Assembly (NCBI GenBank): GCA_964398525.1
Contig: CAYNMS010000003.1
Coordinates: forward strand, 547-64,546
From: an uncultured Pseudomonadales bacterium
GTDB lineage: Bacteria > Patescibacteriota > Microgenomatia > UBA1400 > CAYNFZ01
DNA: 64,000 bases
Direction: 5' to 3'
Position 1 is the first letter of the stretch; every line of letters begins with the position of its first letter. The notes below the pieces were generated by a model. It saw nothing but the letters and a program-made list of their open reading frames with translations, searched no databases and was not told the DNA's origin. A program made the position numbers and the translations under genes. Below are positions 54,300 to 63,738 of the stretch, piece by piece.

Positions 54300-55541
54300 C
54301 TATCCAAACATTAACCATTCAGGTTTAAAAATCAGTAACACACCAATTATCACCATCAAAGTCCCTCCAATTAGGTGAGAAATCCGACCATACTTAGTGC
54401 TAATACCCGTCATTTCCACTGTAATCATAGCCGTAAAAAATACAATTAAGTCATCCAATAAGAAAATCAATATATAAAGTAACATGTACATGTAATATTC
54501 CCATGTTGACAAATCACTCAAAGCCAACACTTGAGTGAAAACAACTGGAAGTCCGGCTGAACAAATTAACTCCACCAAATTAACTGCAAATGCTAAAAGC
54601 ACAATTCCCCCCAACGCAATCACAAACCTTCGCTCGTGGGTAATCTCCTTTAGCTTTTCAAAGACCACCCGTCTTTTTTCCTCGCCTGTAACCTTACACC
54701 CACTATCCTTGTTGGTAAAAAATTCATTTAAATTGTAAGCTCCCCCACCAAGAGCGATAAGACCAATTAATATTCTCACCCAAACAATTACCCCAATAAA
54801 TAGAATTAGATTTAACCACGCAGCCATAAACAAAAAGTAAACAAAAGCCGAAGCTACAATAAATGCCGTCCCCAAAATCCAACGCCTTCTTTTATCCTTC
54901 ATTCCCAAAAGAAGGCTAATTAAAAACAAAAGGGTCCACATTGCGCAAGGATTAAACCCATCCAAACCACCCAGAACAATTGTAAACACGGGTAACGATA
55001 AATTTTTTGTCTGAATTTCCCCAAAAATGGGAATTTCTAATTTATCAGGTATTGACTCGTTTTTACTGGTTTCAAGTGTCTCAGTCGAATCAATTTGCTT
55101 ATCTTGATTATCCGAACCCGTTTGTTTTGAATCCAATGCCAGCCCTATCACTTCAGCCACACTATCTGTACACACATTTTCACTGCAGAATTTAACCCTC
55201 TCCTCTATCTGTGACCCAGTCAAAGATCTATTAAATCCCGTATAAGCCTTATCACCAATTACCGTAAACGGCACACCTGAAACATCCGCTCTTAACCTGT
55301 TCCCTACCTCAATTAAATACTTTCTGTTTCGACTATTGCTCCACACCTCAAACTCATAAACTTCAGCCTGTGGGTATTTAACTTTGATATTATCCAAAAA
55401 TGGTTTTTCGGTTGCACAATGAGGACAGCCTTCTCCCCAAAAGAAATATATATTCACGGAATTGTTTTGTGCGTAAGCAAACGAAGCACTTGTTCCCAAA
55501 ATCCCTAAAACCAGTAAAAGTTTAGCCAATTGTTTCAACAT
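54300..55541 (-). CDS. Thioredoxin/glutaredoxin domain fused to DsbD/CcdA-like membrane domain
   Basis: Signal peptide, GCPHC, DGFNPCA, ELICSAG. Confidence 0.8.
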   Translation of the reverse strand: MLKQLAKLLLVLGILGTSASFAYAQNNSVNIYFFWGEGCPHCATEKPFLDNIKVKYPQAEVYEFEVWSNSRNRKYLIEVGNRLRADVSGVPFTVIGDKAYTGFNRSLTGSQIEERVKFCSENVCTDSVAEVIGLALDSKQTGSDNQDKQIDSTETLETSKNESIPDKLEIPIFGEIQTKNLSLPVFTIVLGGLDGFNPCAMWTLLFLISLLLGMKDKRRRWILGTAFIVASAFVYFLFMAAWLNLILFIGVIVWVRILIGLIALGGGAYNLNEFFTNKDSGCKVTGEEKRRVVFEKLKEITHERRFVIALGGIVLLAFAVNLVELICSAGLPVVFTQVLALSDLSTWEYYMYMLLYILIFLLDDLIVFFTAMITVEMTGISTKYGRISHLIGGTLMVIIGVLLIFKPEWLMFG

Positions 55542-55542
55542 T

Positions 55543-55812
55543 TTATTTATCTTTATATTTTAAAATTACTTCAATCAGTTCCTTCCTTGATACTTCGCCC
55601 TGTAGCCTTAAAAATTCTTCACCTTCTTTGTCTATAAACACAAATGTAGGTAGGTTTTGATCAATCATATATTTATCAACCATTTCTTTGTCTTTGTCAT
55701 AATCATACATTTCAGTTTTAAGCCAAGGATGTTCTTTTTCAATTTGGCCCCATCGAGGCTTCATTACCAAACACCCAGAGCACCAAACTGCGCCAAATTT
55801 TATGACTTTCAT
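55543..55812 (-). CDS. Thioredoxin-family protein
   Basis: WCSGC, LPTF. Confidence 0.88.
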   Translation of the reverse strand: MKVIKFGAVWCSGCLVMKPRWGQIEKEHPWLKTEMYDYDKDKEMVDKYMIDQNLPTFVFIDKEGEEFLRLQGEVSRKELIEVILKYKDK

Positions 55813-55826
55813 CCCAACACCTCCAT

Positions 55827-56807
55827 TTAATAAATCAAGTTAAATATGTATCCCAAAAGCATTATTCCCACAAAAGTGATACCAAAAAACAGTGCTAATA
55901 ACGGCCAGTGCATCACTTTTTTAAGTATCATAGCTTGAGGAACAGAAATCGTTACAATAGCCGTCATAAAAGCCAGAGCCGTGCCCATTGGCACACCTTT
56001 ACCAACCAATGCCTCCATCACTGGAATCACACTAACTGAATTAGCATACAAAGGCGACCCGAGCCCTGTTGCCAAGGGTACACTCCACCACGATCTATCG
56101 GACAAATATCTTTCTACCAATCCAGCCGGGACAAAACCGTGAATCAAAGCCCCTATTCCTACTCCCAATAGTACAAAAGGAAAAACCTCTTTGGTAATTA
56201 ACCATGCGTCTTTCCAAAAATACTTTATTAATTCTCTAAATGGCAGGCTTGCTCCTCCGTTCTCCTTTTCAACTTCTCGTCTGGACTTAAACTTCAGAAG
56301 TTCGGACTTTACATCTTCCTCCACGCCAAGTCTTTGAACCAACAAGCCTCCTAAAATTGCAACCCCAATACCTATCAAGTTATACAAAACCATTACTCTC
56401 ATCCCAAACATCGCCGGAAATAAATATAACGACGATTCATTCACCAAAGGCGAACTAATCAAGAACGCAAAAGTTACTCCAAGTGGAATTCCCGCTCCCA
56501 AAAAACCAATAAATAACGGGATTGAAGAACATGAACAAAACGGAGTTATCACTCCTAGAGCCGCAGCAAATAGATAGTCCAATCCAAACCATCTCCGTTT
56601 AGTCAGCACTTCCCGTACTTTTTCCATTGGAAAATAGTACCGGGTTATTGCCATCAAATAATTTATTATTATCAGGAGGATGCCTATCTTTATGGTGTCA
56701 TAAATAAAAAAGTTTATAGCACTCCCCAGATAGGATTCATTCCCAAGTCCCAACCATCCAAAAGTGACAGTGTCAGCAACGACCTCAACTGGTCTGAATA
56801 CGTCCAT
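55827..56807 (-). CDS. ArsP-family permease
   Basis: TPFCSCSSIP, FLISSPLVNE, GALIHGFVP. Confidence 0.88.
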   Translation of the reverse strand: MDVFRPVEVVADTVTFGWLGLGNESYLGSAINFFIYDTIKIGILLIIINYLMAITRYYFPMEKVREVLTKRRWFGLDYLFAAALGVITPFCSCSSIPLFIGFLGAGIPLGVTFAFLISSPLVNESSLYLFPAMFGMRVMVLYNLIGIGVAILGGLLVQRLGVEEDVKSELLKFKSRREVEKENGGASLPFRELIKYFWKDAWLITKEVFPFVLLGVGIGALIHGFVPAGLVERYLSDRSWWSVPLATGLGSPLYANSVSVIPVMEALVGKGVPMGTALAFMTAIVTISVPQAMILKKVMHWPLLALFFGITFVGIMLLGYIFNLIY

Positions 56808-56808
56808 A

Positions 56809-57051
56809 TTAGTTCTTAGCTGCCTTTAATAGGCTTTTAACTTTTCCTATATCTGGTACAAATCCTGTCATTACCGGTTTTCCATCAATTGCCAATACCG
56901 GACTGCTCATTACTCCCATTTCAATAATTTTTGAAACATCAGTTATGTACTCAACCTCTTCTCCCAAATTAAGTTCATTCACAGCTTTCTGTGTCAATTC
57001 ATAAATTTTTTTGCAGGTAGGACAACCAGATCCTAATACTTGGATTTTCAT
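56809..57051 (-). CDS. Small redox-active disulfide protein (MTH895-like thioredoxin)
   Basis: MKIQVLGSGCPTC, GVMSSP.LAIDG. Confidence 0.9.
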   Translation of the reverse strand: MKIQVLGSGCPTCKKIYELTQKAVNELNLGEEVEYITDVSKIIEMGVMSSPVLAIDGKPVMTGFVPDIGKVKSLLKAAKN

Positions 57052-57382
57052 ATTTGTGTTTCTTTACCCGGAAGTTTAAACAATAAATTTGTAATGAATT
57101 CCCCTTCACTTGTTAGTGAGTAATACACTCTTAAGCCTCTTTTTTCATCCGTGACAACTCCGGCATTCTTAAGATCTTTAAGGTGGTGCGAAATAAGGCT
57201 TTGTGACATTTCCACATGCTCTCTCATCTCATGTACACAATGCTCCCCTTTTCTTTTCTAAGTATGCACAAAAGTTTTAGTCGACTTTCTTCGGCAACTA
57301 TTTTTAATAAACTTGCCAAACTCACCACCTGACTAGCTTCTGCGCTAGACGAATTACAACAACTATATGAACCCATATTCAT
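57048..57382 (-). pseudogene. ArsR/SmtB repressor disrupted by a 5-bp duplication
   Basis: Frame 1 ...ESRLKLLCILRK; frame 2 GEHCVHEM...SQSLISHHLKDLKNAGVV...RVYYSL; removing one GAAAA copy (57249-57258) joins them. Confidence 0.85.
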
Positions 57383-57385
57383 ATA
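57364..57385. promoter_or_regulatory. ArsR/SmtB-type operator
   Basis: Perfect inverted repeat TATATGAA-CCCATA-TTCATATA (TGAA-N6-TTCA core) over the arsR start. Confidence 0.75.
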
Positions 57386-57474
57386 TTAAGTGAACCCGTC
57401 TTACTTTACAAGTCAGAAAAACCCATTAGTAAAGTCTAGGCAACCCACTCTTTCCCATTTATCTCGTCCACCAA

Positions 57475-58578
57475 TTAACCATTGAATTCCTCTAGCCTCT
57501 CCAGCGCCTGAATCATATTCTTTCTTCCAAACCCCACTCTAAAGTTATTTCCCTCATATCCATATTCAGTCGCAGGTAGCAACATCACACCTTTAGATTC
57601 AACCAGATCTAAACAAAAATCTTCTACCTTTATATCTTCATGTAGTTTTACAAAGCCTATTGTCCCAGCCTTTGGTTTCACCCAAGAAAACTTTTGTGAT
57701 TTTGATAAAAAATCGTCCAAAATTTGTAGATTCTCACTAATAAAATTTAAATTTCTCTCTACAATTTTTTCCTTACTCCTCAAAGCCATCAAAGCCAAAA
57801 CTTCACTTGGTGCACTACTGCATATTGTCGTGTAATCCTTAAACTCCATCATCTTCTTAAAAAGTGCTTTATCTCGAGTAACTATCCAACCAATTCTCAA
57901 ACCAGCCAAAGCAAAAGTTTTTGACATTCCAAATAAAGACACTGCCCTTTCATATGTATCACTTGCAGAAATTAATCGATCTTTGGGTTGATACTCCAGG
58001 AATCGGTACATCTCGTCAGAAAACACATAAATATCTTTGCTTTTTGCCAATTCAATTATCTGTTCCAACTCTTCATGTGCCAACATAGCCCCGGTGGGGT
58101 TGTGAGGAAAATTAATAACCAACAACTTAGTGTTGGCTTTAATCAGATCCTTTAGTTTTTCTATATCAAATTTCCACCCCTTTTCTTCCTCAGGAATCCA
58201 CCTAGCCACTTCACACCCGATCGATTCGGCCAATTGATACAAAGATTGATAACCTGGATAAGTCACAATCACATGATCTCCTTTCTCCAGAATTGTGTTC
58301 ATCGCAATAAAAATTCCTTCTTCAGGCACCACCACCAACACCTCATCCGCAGCAATTTGACTATATAGTTTTGTCACCTCTTCTCTTAGTTTTGGAAGAC
58401 CTTGAGACTCTGTGTAACCAAGCCACAATTCATCCCACGAACCTCTTGTTTCATCATCAGCCAGATCAAGCAATTCTTTTAGCGTCAAGGGTTCACAATC
58501 CGACGCACTCAATAAATAAGGTGCTTTAAACTCATATTTGGCGAAATATCTCTCTAGCCGAAATGGCTTAATCTTCAT
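57475..58578 (-). CDS. PLP-dependent aminotransferase class I/II
   Basis: NFPHNPTG, SDEMY, SKTFALAGLRIGW. Confidence 0.92.
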   Translation of the reverse strand: MKIKPFRLERYFAKYEFKAPYLLSASDCEPLTLKELLDLADDETRGSWDELWLGYTESQGLPKLREEVTKLYSQIAADEVLVVVPEEGIFIAMNTILEKGDHVIVTYPGYQSLYQLAESIGCEVARWIPEEEKGWKFDIEKLKDLIKANTKLLVINFPHNPTGAMLAHEELEQIIELAKSKDIYVFSDEMYRFLEYQPKDRLISASDTYERAVSLFGMSKTFALAGLRIGWIVTRDKALFKKMMEFKDYTTICSSAPSEVLALMALRSKEKIVERNLNFISENLQILDDFLSKSQKFSWVKPKAGTIGFVKLHEDIKVEDFCLDLVESKGVMLLPATEYGYEGNNFRVGFGRKNMIQALERLEEFNG

Positions 58579-58596
58579 TCTGTTTCTCCTAAAAAA

Positions 58597-59346
58597 TTAC
58601 CATTTCTGTACCACAGTTAAGTCCTTCATATACTTAACTTGTGGATGAAGTCTCGCAAATTCAAAAATTTGTTTATTCCTCAAATCAGCTTCAGTTACAA
58701 TTACTTGAAAATCGTCAATTTTTCTAACCGGATAACCCAAAGCCTCAGGCAATTCCTCCACTATTTGATAAACCTCGCTAAAACCATCTTTCTTGTTCTC
58801 TTCGACTTCTTCTTCAATAAAACTCAAGGGCAAGTAGTGCTCCGGAAAAACAATATTGGCAGAACAGTATTTAAGCGCATTCTCATTATGAACATTCAAG
58901 TCAGCTATTTCCCTCCCCTCTATCATCGGCCGCATCAAGGCAATATTAGTTGTCGCTAATATTTTTCTTTCTTCTTCACTCATGTTCTTCTCAATAAACT
59001 CATCCTCCACCGGTCCCATATCTGCAAAGTTTGTCACCGAAAACTTCCCCCACCTTACGTTAAAAACCACTGTTGGCGTCCCCCTATCTTCTTTTGCCTC
59101 AATGCCTGTTATTAATATTTCTCCGTTTTCATATTTTCCTGGATAAGAGTAAATCCACGCCCCCGGTGAGGCCCCTACATGTCCATGATCGTGCCAACTG
59201 CTGCTGCTTAACAAAATATCCGCTTCAATCAAACCAATGTCTACCATACAAAACAAATCATATGGATCAAACAACACTCTTCTCCCTTCCCTTTCAAGTA
59301 AAAAACAACACCTACCGTACCATTTTATTGTCAAACTTTCACTCAT
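58597..59346 (-). CDS. MBL-fold metallo-hydrolase (divergent)
   Basis: WYGRCCF, FDPY, SSSWHDH, PEHY. Confidence 0.75.
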   Translation of the reverse strand: MSESLTIKWYGRCCFLLEREGRRVLFDPYDLFCMVDIGLIEADILLSSSSWHDHGHVGASPGAWIYSYPGKYENGEILITGIEAKEDRGTPTVVFNVRWGKFSVTNFADMGPVEDEFIEKNMSEEERKILATTNIALMRPMIEGREIADLNVHNENALKYCSANIVFPEHYLPLSFIEEEVEENKKDGFSEVYQIVEELPEALGYPVRKIDDFQVIVTEADLRNKQIFEFARLHPQVKYMKDLTVVQKW

Positions 59347-59455
59347 TCGTTAATTCTACCCGTTTCTACATTTACCCGCTACCAAAGTCATACATACATT
59401 TACCAATTCAAGACTTTAAGTGCCCTTACTTTTAAAAAACATATAATCAAATCAC

Positions 59456-60136
59456 CTAAACCCACTCTCCTGATATGATCGAATCCAGGGGGTGGCGTTT
59501 AGCACTCACTTCCAGCCTAGAAAACAAATCAGCACTAGAAATCGTCTCATTGTCCTTATTCGCCTTTATCCCCAACCGTCCCACATCTGCCCCCACACCC
59601 ACCAACAACACTTCAGTTCCTCGCCTGTTTAGGTGCTCCGGTTCCGCTTTGGAAAAATTTGAGAAAGGTGTCTCAGCCGACTTTGGCGCCACCTCGGCCA
59701 AACGGCTCAAAAAAATATAGTTACCCTCTTTTTCAATATTAAAGGCCCGTTGCACCTTTCCCAACTGTTCCGGCAACTCCAAAGCATACATCAAGTGCAT
59801 GTGGTCTCTGTGCTCTACCATTGCGTAGATCCCTTCTCCTGCAGGCCTCGACATTCCTTTCCTACGTACCTGATTCCTCAAGGTTTTAAATCCTCTTCCG
59901 CCCACGATCTGGACAAAGCCCCAAGCGTTCCCTGTTTCACCGTCAATTCTGGGCAGTTTTTTGACTCCCATCACGATATATCTAGGTAAATTGTCACTCT
60001 CCGGATCCATGACTAAGAAAAAACGCGCTACATCATCTAACCCTTTGGTTGCTTCAACTTTCCGTCTGGGTTTATAAAAAAAGTAAATATCCCCCTGTTC
60101 TACTATCGAAACATCAATCTCCCATTTCTTTTTCAT
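59456..60136 (-). CDS. Conserved hypothetical protein
   Basis: Globular-looking ORF with GDIYFFY.P, RPAGEG.Y, HLMYALELP motifs. Confidence 0.7.
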   Translation of the reverse strand: MKKKWEIDVSIVEQGDIYFFYKPRRKVEATKGLDDVARFFLVMDPESDNLPRYIVMGVKKLPRIDGETGNAWGFVQIVGGRGFKTLRNQVRRKGMSRPAGEGIYAMVEHRDHMHLMYALELPEQLGKVQRAFNIEKEGNYIFLSRLAEVAPKSAETPFSNFSKAEPEHLNRRGTEVLLVGVGADVGRLGIKANKDNETISSADLFSRLEVSAKRHPLDSIISGEWV

Positions 60137-60202
60137 GACACGTATTCCACCACACCAGCATCACAATCCCATAAGAATCTGGTAAGGACCAGGCAAACCC
60201 TT

Positions 60203-60754
60203 TTACACTCCAGGCATCACAAATCCTTTCACAGTTTGTCTAGAGAAGGCCGAAAAATTATATGGCACCTCGAAATCGACTGACAAGACTAAGGTTTGTT
60301 CTGGAGAAATTGTGAATTCTTGCAAAACACTTAAAAGATCACCTTCGTTTGTACTTGGCAGTTCTATGCCAACGCCCCGAATAGTTTCGTCACTGTGATG
60401 ACTTAAAAATACTCTAGTACCCTTTTTTCTAATACTCCAATAAATATAAAGGCTGTTTCCATCTTCAACCTCTGATTCAAACACAATCAACCCCTCATAG
60501 TCAGGGTTATCACCAATTTCTCTCCTGTGGCTCAAATTCCAGGCCCTTGTGTTTTCAGCATCTTCATAAACCAAAAATAACCAATCAGTTATTTGATACA
60601 AACCCAATCTCTCAAGGCGCAAATCCATTCCAGGTCTGTCTCCCACTCCCCTGTCATATACCTCCTGAGCACAGTCAATAACTTGGATTATCCTCCTAGG
60701 ATCAGTTATTCGAAGTGCCTCCCATTCACCACCCCTTATTATTCTTTCGCTCAC
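60203..60754 (-). CDS. Hypothetical protein
   Basis: 183-aa ORF with GAGGG SD-like upstream; no recognised motif. Confidence 0.55.
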   Translation of the reverse strand: MSERIIRGGEWEALRITDPRRIIQVIDCAQEVYDRGVGDRPGMDLRLERLGLYQITDWLFLVYEDAENTRAWNLSHRREIGDNPDYEGLIVFESEVEDGNSLYIYWSIRKKGTRVFLSHHSDETIRGVGIELPSTNEGDLLSVLQEFTISPEQTLVLSVDFEVPYNFSAFSRQTVKGFVMPGV

Positions 60755-60944
60755 TATCCCTCAAAAATTAATTATATATTGATACTTCACCTATTTTACA
60801 CTTTACGCTTTAAAGGCTATTCAAGTGTCACTTTTCAAATTTTACAAATAATTTTCTAAGCCTCTCTTAACTTTTAACAATTCAATTTTTACTCTTCTGT
60901 CCTCTCCTCTTGCCCCCAGTCTTGCCTACTGCCATAATCGCCCC

Positions 60945-62678
60945 ATGCATCGCTCCTCCATTTCTCCCCGTCTTTTCCCCCTAATTTTAGTCTTACTTAC
61001 TTTTTTAGTCTTCTTTCCCACTCTCACCAACGACTTTCTCCTCCTTGATGATTACGATCAAATCCTTCTTCACCCCAATGTCACATCCCCCTCTGGTATC
61101 TTCAAACACTTCTCATCAAGCACTTACTTTGATTCCCAAACTGGCACCAATTATGGTCTTTTCTATCGGCCCCTTATGCTTGGTCTTTATACATTCATTT
61201 ATTCTCTATTTGGCCCCGATCCACTCTTCTTCCACTTAATCCAACTAATATTGCACTTGGGTGTCGGCCTATGTTTCTATTCACTCTTAAGTCGCCACCT
61301 CCCTCGTTCCACTTCCTTTATTGCCGCTCTTTTCTTCCTCATTCATCCCCTAAATTCCGAAACCGTTCTACACCTAGCCAACTACCAAGACAATCTGTTT
61401 GTTCTTTTTGGCCTTTTCTCTCTCCTTTTGCTTACTTCAAAGCTTTTCCACCTTTCCCATCGGCACCTCTTCACCCCCCTCCTAAGCTTGCTGTTATTTT
61501 TAAGCCTACTTTCCAAGGAAACAGGGATACTTTTTGTCATTGCTATCCCCATTTATGCCCACCTTCTCGCCTCTTTCCGCTTCAAATCTGCCGTATTTTC
61601 CTCTTTAATTGCTGCTACTACTTACTTATTCCTTCGTCTTGGTATTGCTCATATCAGTTTTGGTTTCACCTCCATCGCCCCTATTTCTGAGGCTGCTTTT
61701 CTAAATCGCCTTTTCCACGCTCCCCTAATTGCCAGCCACTATCTAACCCACTTTTTTCTACCTCACCAACTCTCAATTGCCCAGTTCTGGTTTTATTCAC
61801 CGCTACCCCTACCTAATTTAATTTTTTCTTTACTTTTTCTGGCTCTCTTTATCAGCTTTTGTGTCCTTCTTCTCCTCCGACTTCGCCTTACAAGTAGTTT
61901 CAAACCTGCCTTATTTTTTCTACTTCTTTTCTTTTTTGCCACATTAGTTCACCTGCACCTTTTCTTGCCGTTGGAGCAAACTTTAGCCGAGCGCTGGTTC
62001 TATCTTTCTTCATTAAGTCTAATTGCCTTTTTAGCTTTTTGTTCTATCCATGTATCACTGCCTCGCTTGCCCTCAGCGCTTTTACTCATTGGCATTTTGA
62101 TTTTGTTTTCTGTTAAAACCCACACTCGCGCTTACGACTGGCGAAACACTCAAACTCTCATTTCAGCCGATCTACCCAAACAGTCCTTTCCCCATAATTT
62201 TTATCTCAACAACCTTCAAGCCACCCTCTATATTCACCAAGCCGACTACGAGTCAGCTTTGCCTTTTGCTTCTCTCTCAGTCAAAGCCCGTCCCTTAGTT
62301 GCCAACCTCAACAATCTTGGTCTGATTTACGCACATTTAGGTTATTCCGATTTATCCGTAAAATACTTTTCCAAGGCTCTAACTCTTTCTCCCACTCATT
62401 CAACTTTTCAAAATTTCGCTCAATCACAGTATTACTTATTTCAAGATTTTCAAAAGGCAGAACCAATCGCCCAACAAGGCTTATCGCTTTATCCTCAATC
62501 CGTTCCTCTCTGGCTTATTTTATCGCAAACTCAATTTCAACGAGGTGCCTCAGAAGCTGCCCGACTTTCAGCTCAAAAAGCCCACACTCTGCGCCCTGAT
62601 CCCACCACCTATTATGTCTTAGAATCTATCAACAACAACCTCCAACCCGATCCGAACCAATTCATCTCCTTCGAATAA
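60945..62678 (+). CDS. TMTC-like GT-C glycosyltransferase with C-terminal TPRs
   Basis: DD motif, FYRPL, HPL..E.V, LSKE, AER..YL, TPR (NNLGLIY). Confidence 0.82.
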   Translation: MHRSSISPRLFPLILVLLTFLVFFPTLTNDFLLLDDYDQILLHPNVTSPSGIFKHFSSSTYFDSQTGTNYGLFYRPLMLGLYTFIYSLFGPDPLFFHLIQLILHLGVGLCFYSLLSRHLPRSTSFIAALFFLIHPLNSETVLHLANYQDNLFVLFGLFSLLLLTSKLFHLSHRHLFTPLLSLLLFLSLLSKETGILFVIAIPIYAHLLASFRFKSAVFSSLIAATTYLFLRLGIAHISFGFTSIAPISEAAFLNRLFHAPLIASHYLTHFFLPHQLSIAQFWFYSPLPLPNLIFSLLFLALFISFCVLLLLRLRLTSSFKPALFFLLLFFFATLVHLHLFLPLEQTLAERWFYLSSLSLIAFLAFCSIHVSLPRLPSALLLIGILILFSVKTHTRAYDWRNTQTLISADLPKQSFPHNFYLNNLQATLYIHQADYESALPFASLSVKARPLVANLNNLGLIYAHLGYSDLSVKYFSKALTLSPTHSTFQNFAQSQYYLFQDFQKAEPIAQQGLSLYPQSVPLWLILSQTQFQRGASEAARLSAQKAHTLRPDPTTYYVLESINNNLQPDPNQFISFE

Positions 62679-62682
62679 TTAT

Positions 62683-63096
62683 TTATCTGCGAATCTCAAT
62701 TGTTTCACCTGGGTTAAGTTCAGAATCAGCTGTCGCCACAATTCTCCCATCAGCATCCTCATAAATTTGATAACCGCTATCCTCCTGGCTTCCAGAACTC
62801 GGGTCAATCGGCATCTCCGGCAGATAAGTAGGCACCAAATCATCCGCTAAATTCAAAAAACTTGTCCCCAAAGTCTGTGTCGAAGTTGTTATTCCATCTG
62901 GAATATCTCCATTATTTTCCGCCGCGTACTGATAAATGGCGTTAGTCAAAGAATAAAGCCCACTTCTTCTCTGTACATCTCTTGCCGAAGCAAACTGCCT
63001 AGAAGGATTAACAGCTACCAACACCACTGCAGCCAGTATTCCAATCACTCCAATCACTACCAACAATTCAAGCAAAGTAAAACCATTATTTTTCAT
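62683..63096 (-). CDS. Type IV pilin (orphan)
   Basis: NG|FTLLELLVVIGVIGILA, VNP..QF..ARD..R, LVPTYL...P.DP. Confidence 0.9.
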   Translation of the reverse strand: MKNNGFTLLELLVVIGVIGILAAVVLVAVNPSRQFASARDVQRRSGLYSLTNAIYQYAAENNGDIPDGITTSTQTLGTSFLNLADDLVPTYLPEMPIDPSSGSQEDSGYQIYEDADGRIVATADSELNPGETIEIRR

Positions 63097-63177
63097 AGTC
63101 TCTCCTTTGCCACCACTTTAACACAAACCTCGCCGTCCTCGCCAGATTCTCAGACACCAAGAATCGTGATTTTCCCC

Positions 63178-63327
63178 CTACTCTTTTTCGTCCAACTTCC
63201 TATCTTCTCGTTTGCTTGCCCGACCCCCTTTCTTCCACTCATGGGGTCGAAAATCCCACCACTCCGGATCTTGCCAAGAATTCATTTCATCCTGGTAATC
63301 CCGCCAACCGCGTCTTCTATTTGCCAC
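63178..63327 (-). CDS. Small charged protein with KKGGRAS motif, 49 aa
   Basis: Read manually: GTG start after a strong GGGGTGA SD; MANRRRGWRDYQDEMNSWQDPEWWDFRPHEWKKGGRASKREDRKLDEKE. Confidence 0.65.
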   Translation of the reverse strand: MANRRRGWRDYQDEMNSWQDPEWWDFRPHEWKKGGRASKREDRKLDEKE

Positions 63328-63357
63328 AAACCTTCACCCCCTTTATAAACTATATTG

Positions 63358-63525
63358 CTACTTTGAAGGCTTGTTCGAGGTTTCCTCCAGTTCCTCAATA
63401 TTAATTTCTTGAACAATATCCGAGTCTTCATCGGTCCCAAGTATCGAATTGCTTGCTCTTCCGCCTTTCTTTCCTACTTCCTCATCTTCTTCCCTCAGGA
63501 ACTTATTCATGTCCACGTGTGTCAT
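63358..63525 (-). CDS. Small acidic protein with KKGGRAS motif, 55 aa
   Basis: Strong SD AAAGGGGGTGA; MTHVDMNKFLREEDEEVGKKGGRAS... Confidence 0.7.
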   Translation of the reverse strand: MTHVDMNKFLREEDEEVGKKGGRASNSILGTDEDSDIVQEINIEELEETSNKPSK

Positions 63526-63555
63526 TTTTCTCTCACCCCCTTTCAAATATTTTAT

Positions 63556-63738
63556 TTAAATAAGCTCAATCTCTTCTTCGTTCTCCTGGTCCAATTCCCA
63601 ATCCAATAAAGGATCAGAACTAGACACCCCTCCCTTTTGGTTAAAATCTGGATCATTGGCCAAATCCCTCACGAAATCATCATGAGCTTCTTTAAGCTCC
63701 TCTGACCAATCGAAAGTATTTCTGTGTTTGGGTTTCAT
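63556..63738 (-). CDS. Small acidic protein with QKGGVSS motif, 60 aa
   Basis: Strong SD AAAGGAGGTGA; MKPKHRNTFDW...NQKGGVSS... Confidence 0.7.
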   Translation of the reverse strand: MKPKHRNTFDWSEELKEAHDDFVRDLANDPDFNQKGGVSSSDPLLDWELDQENEEEIELI

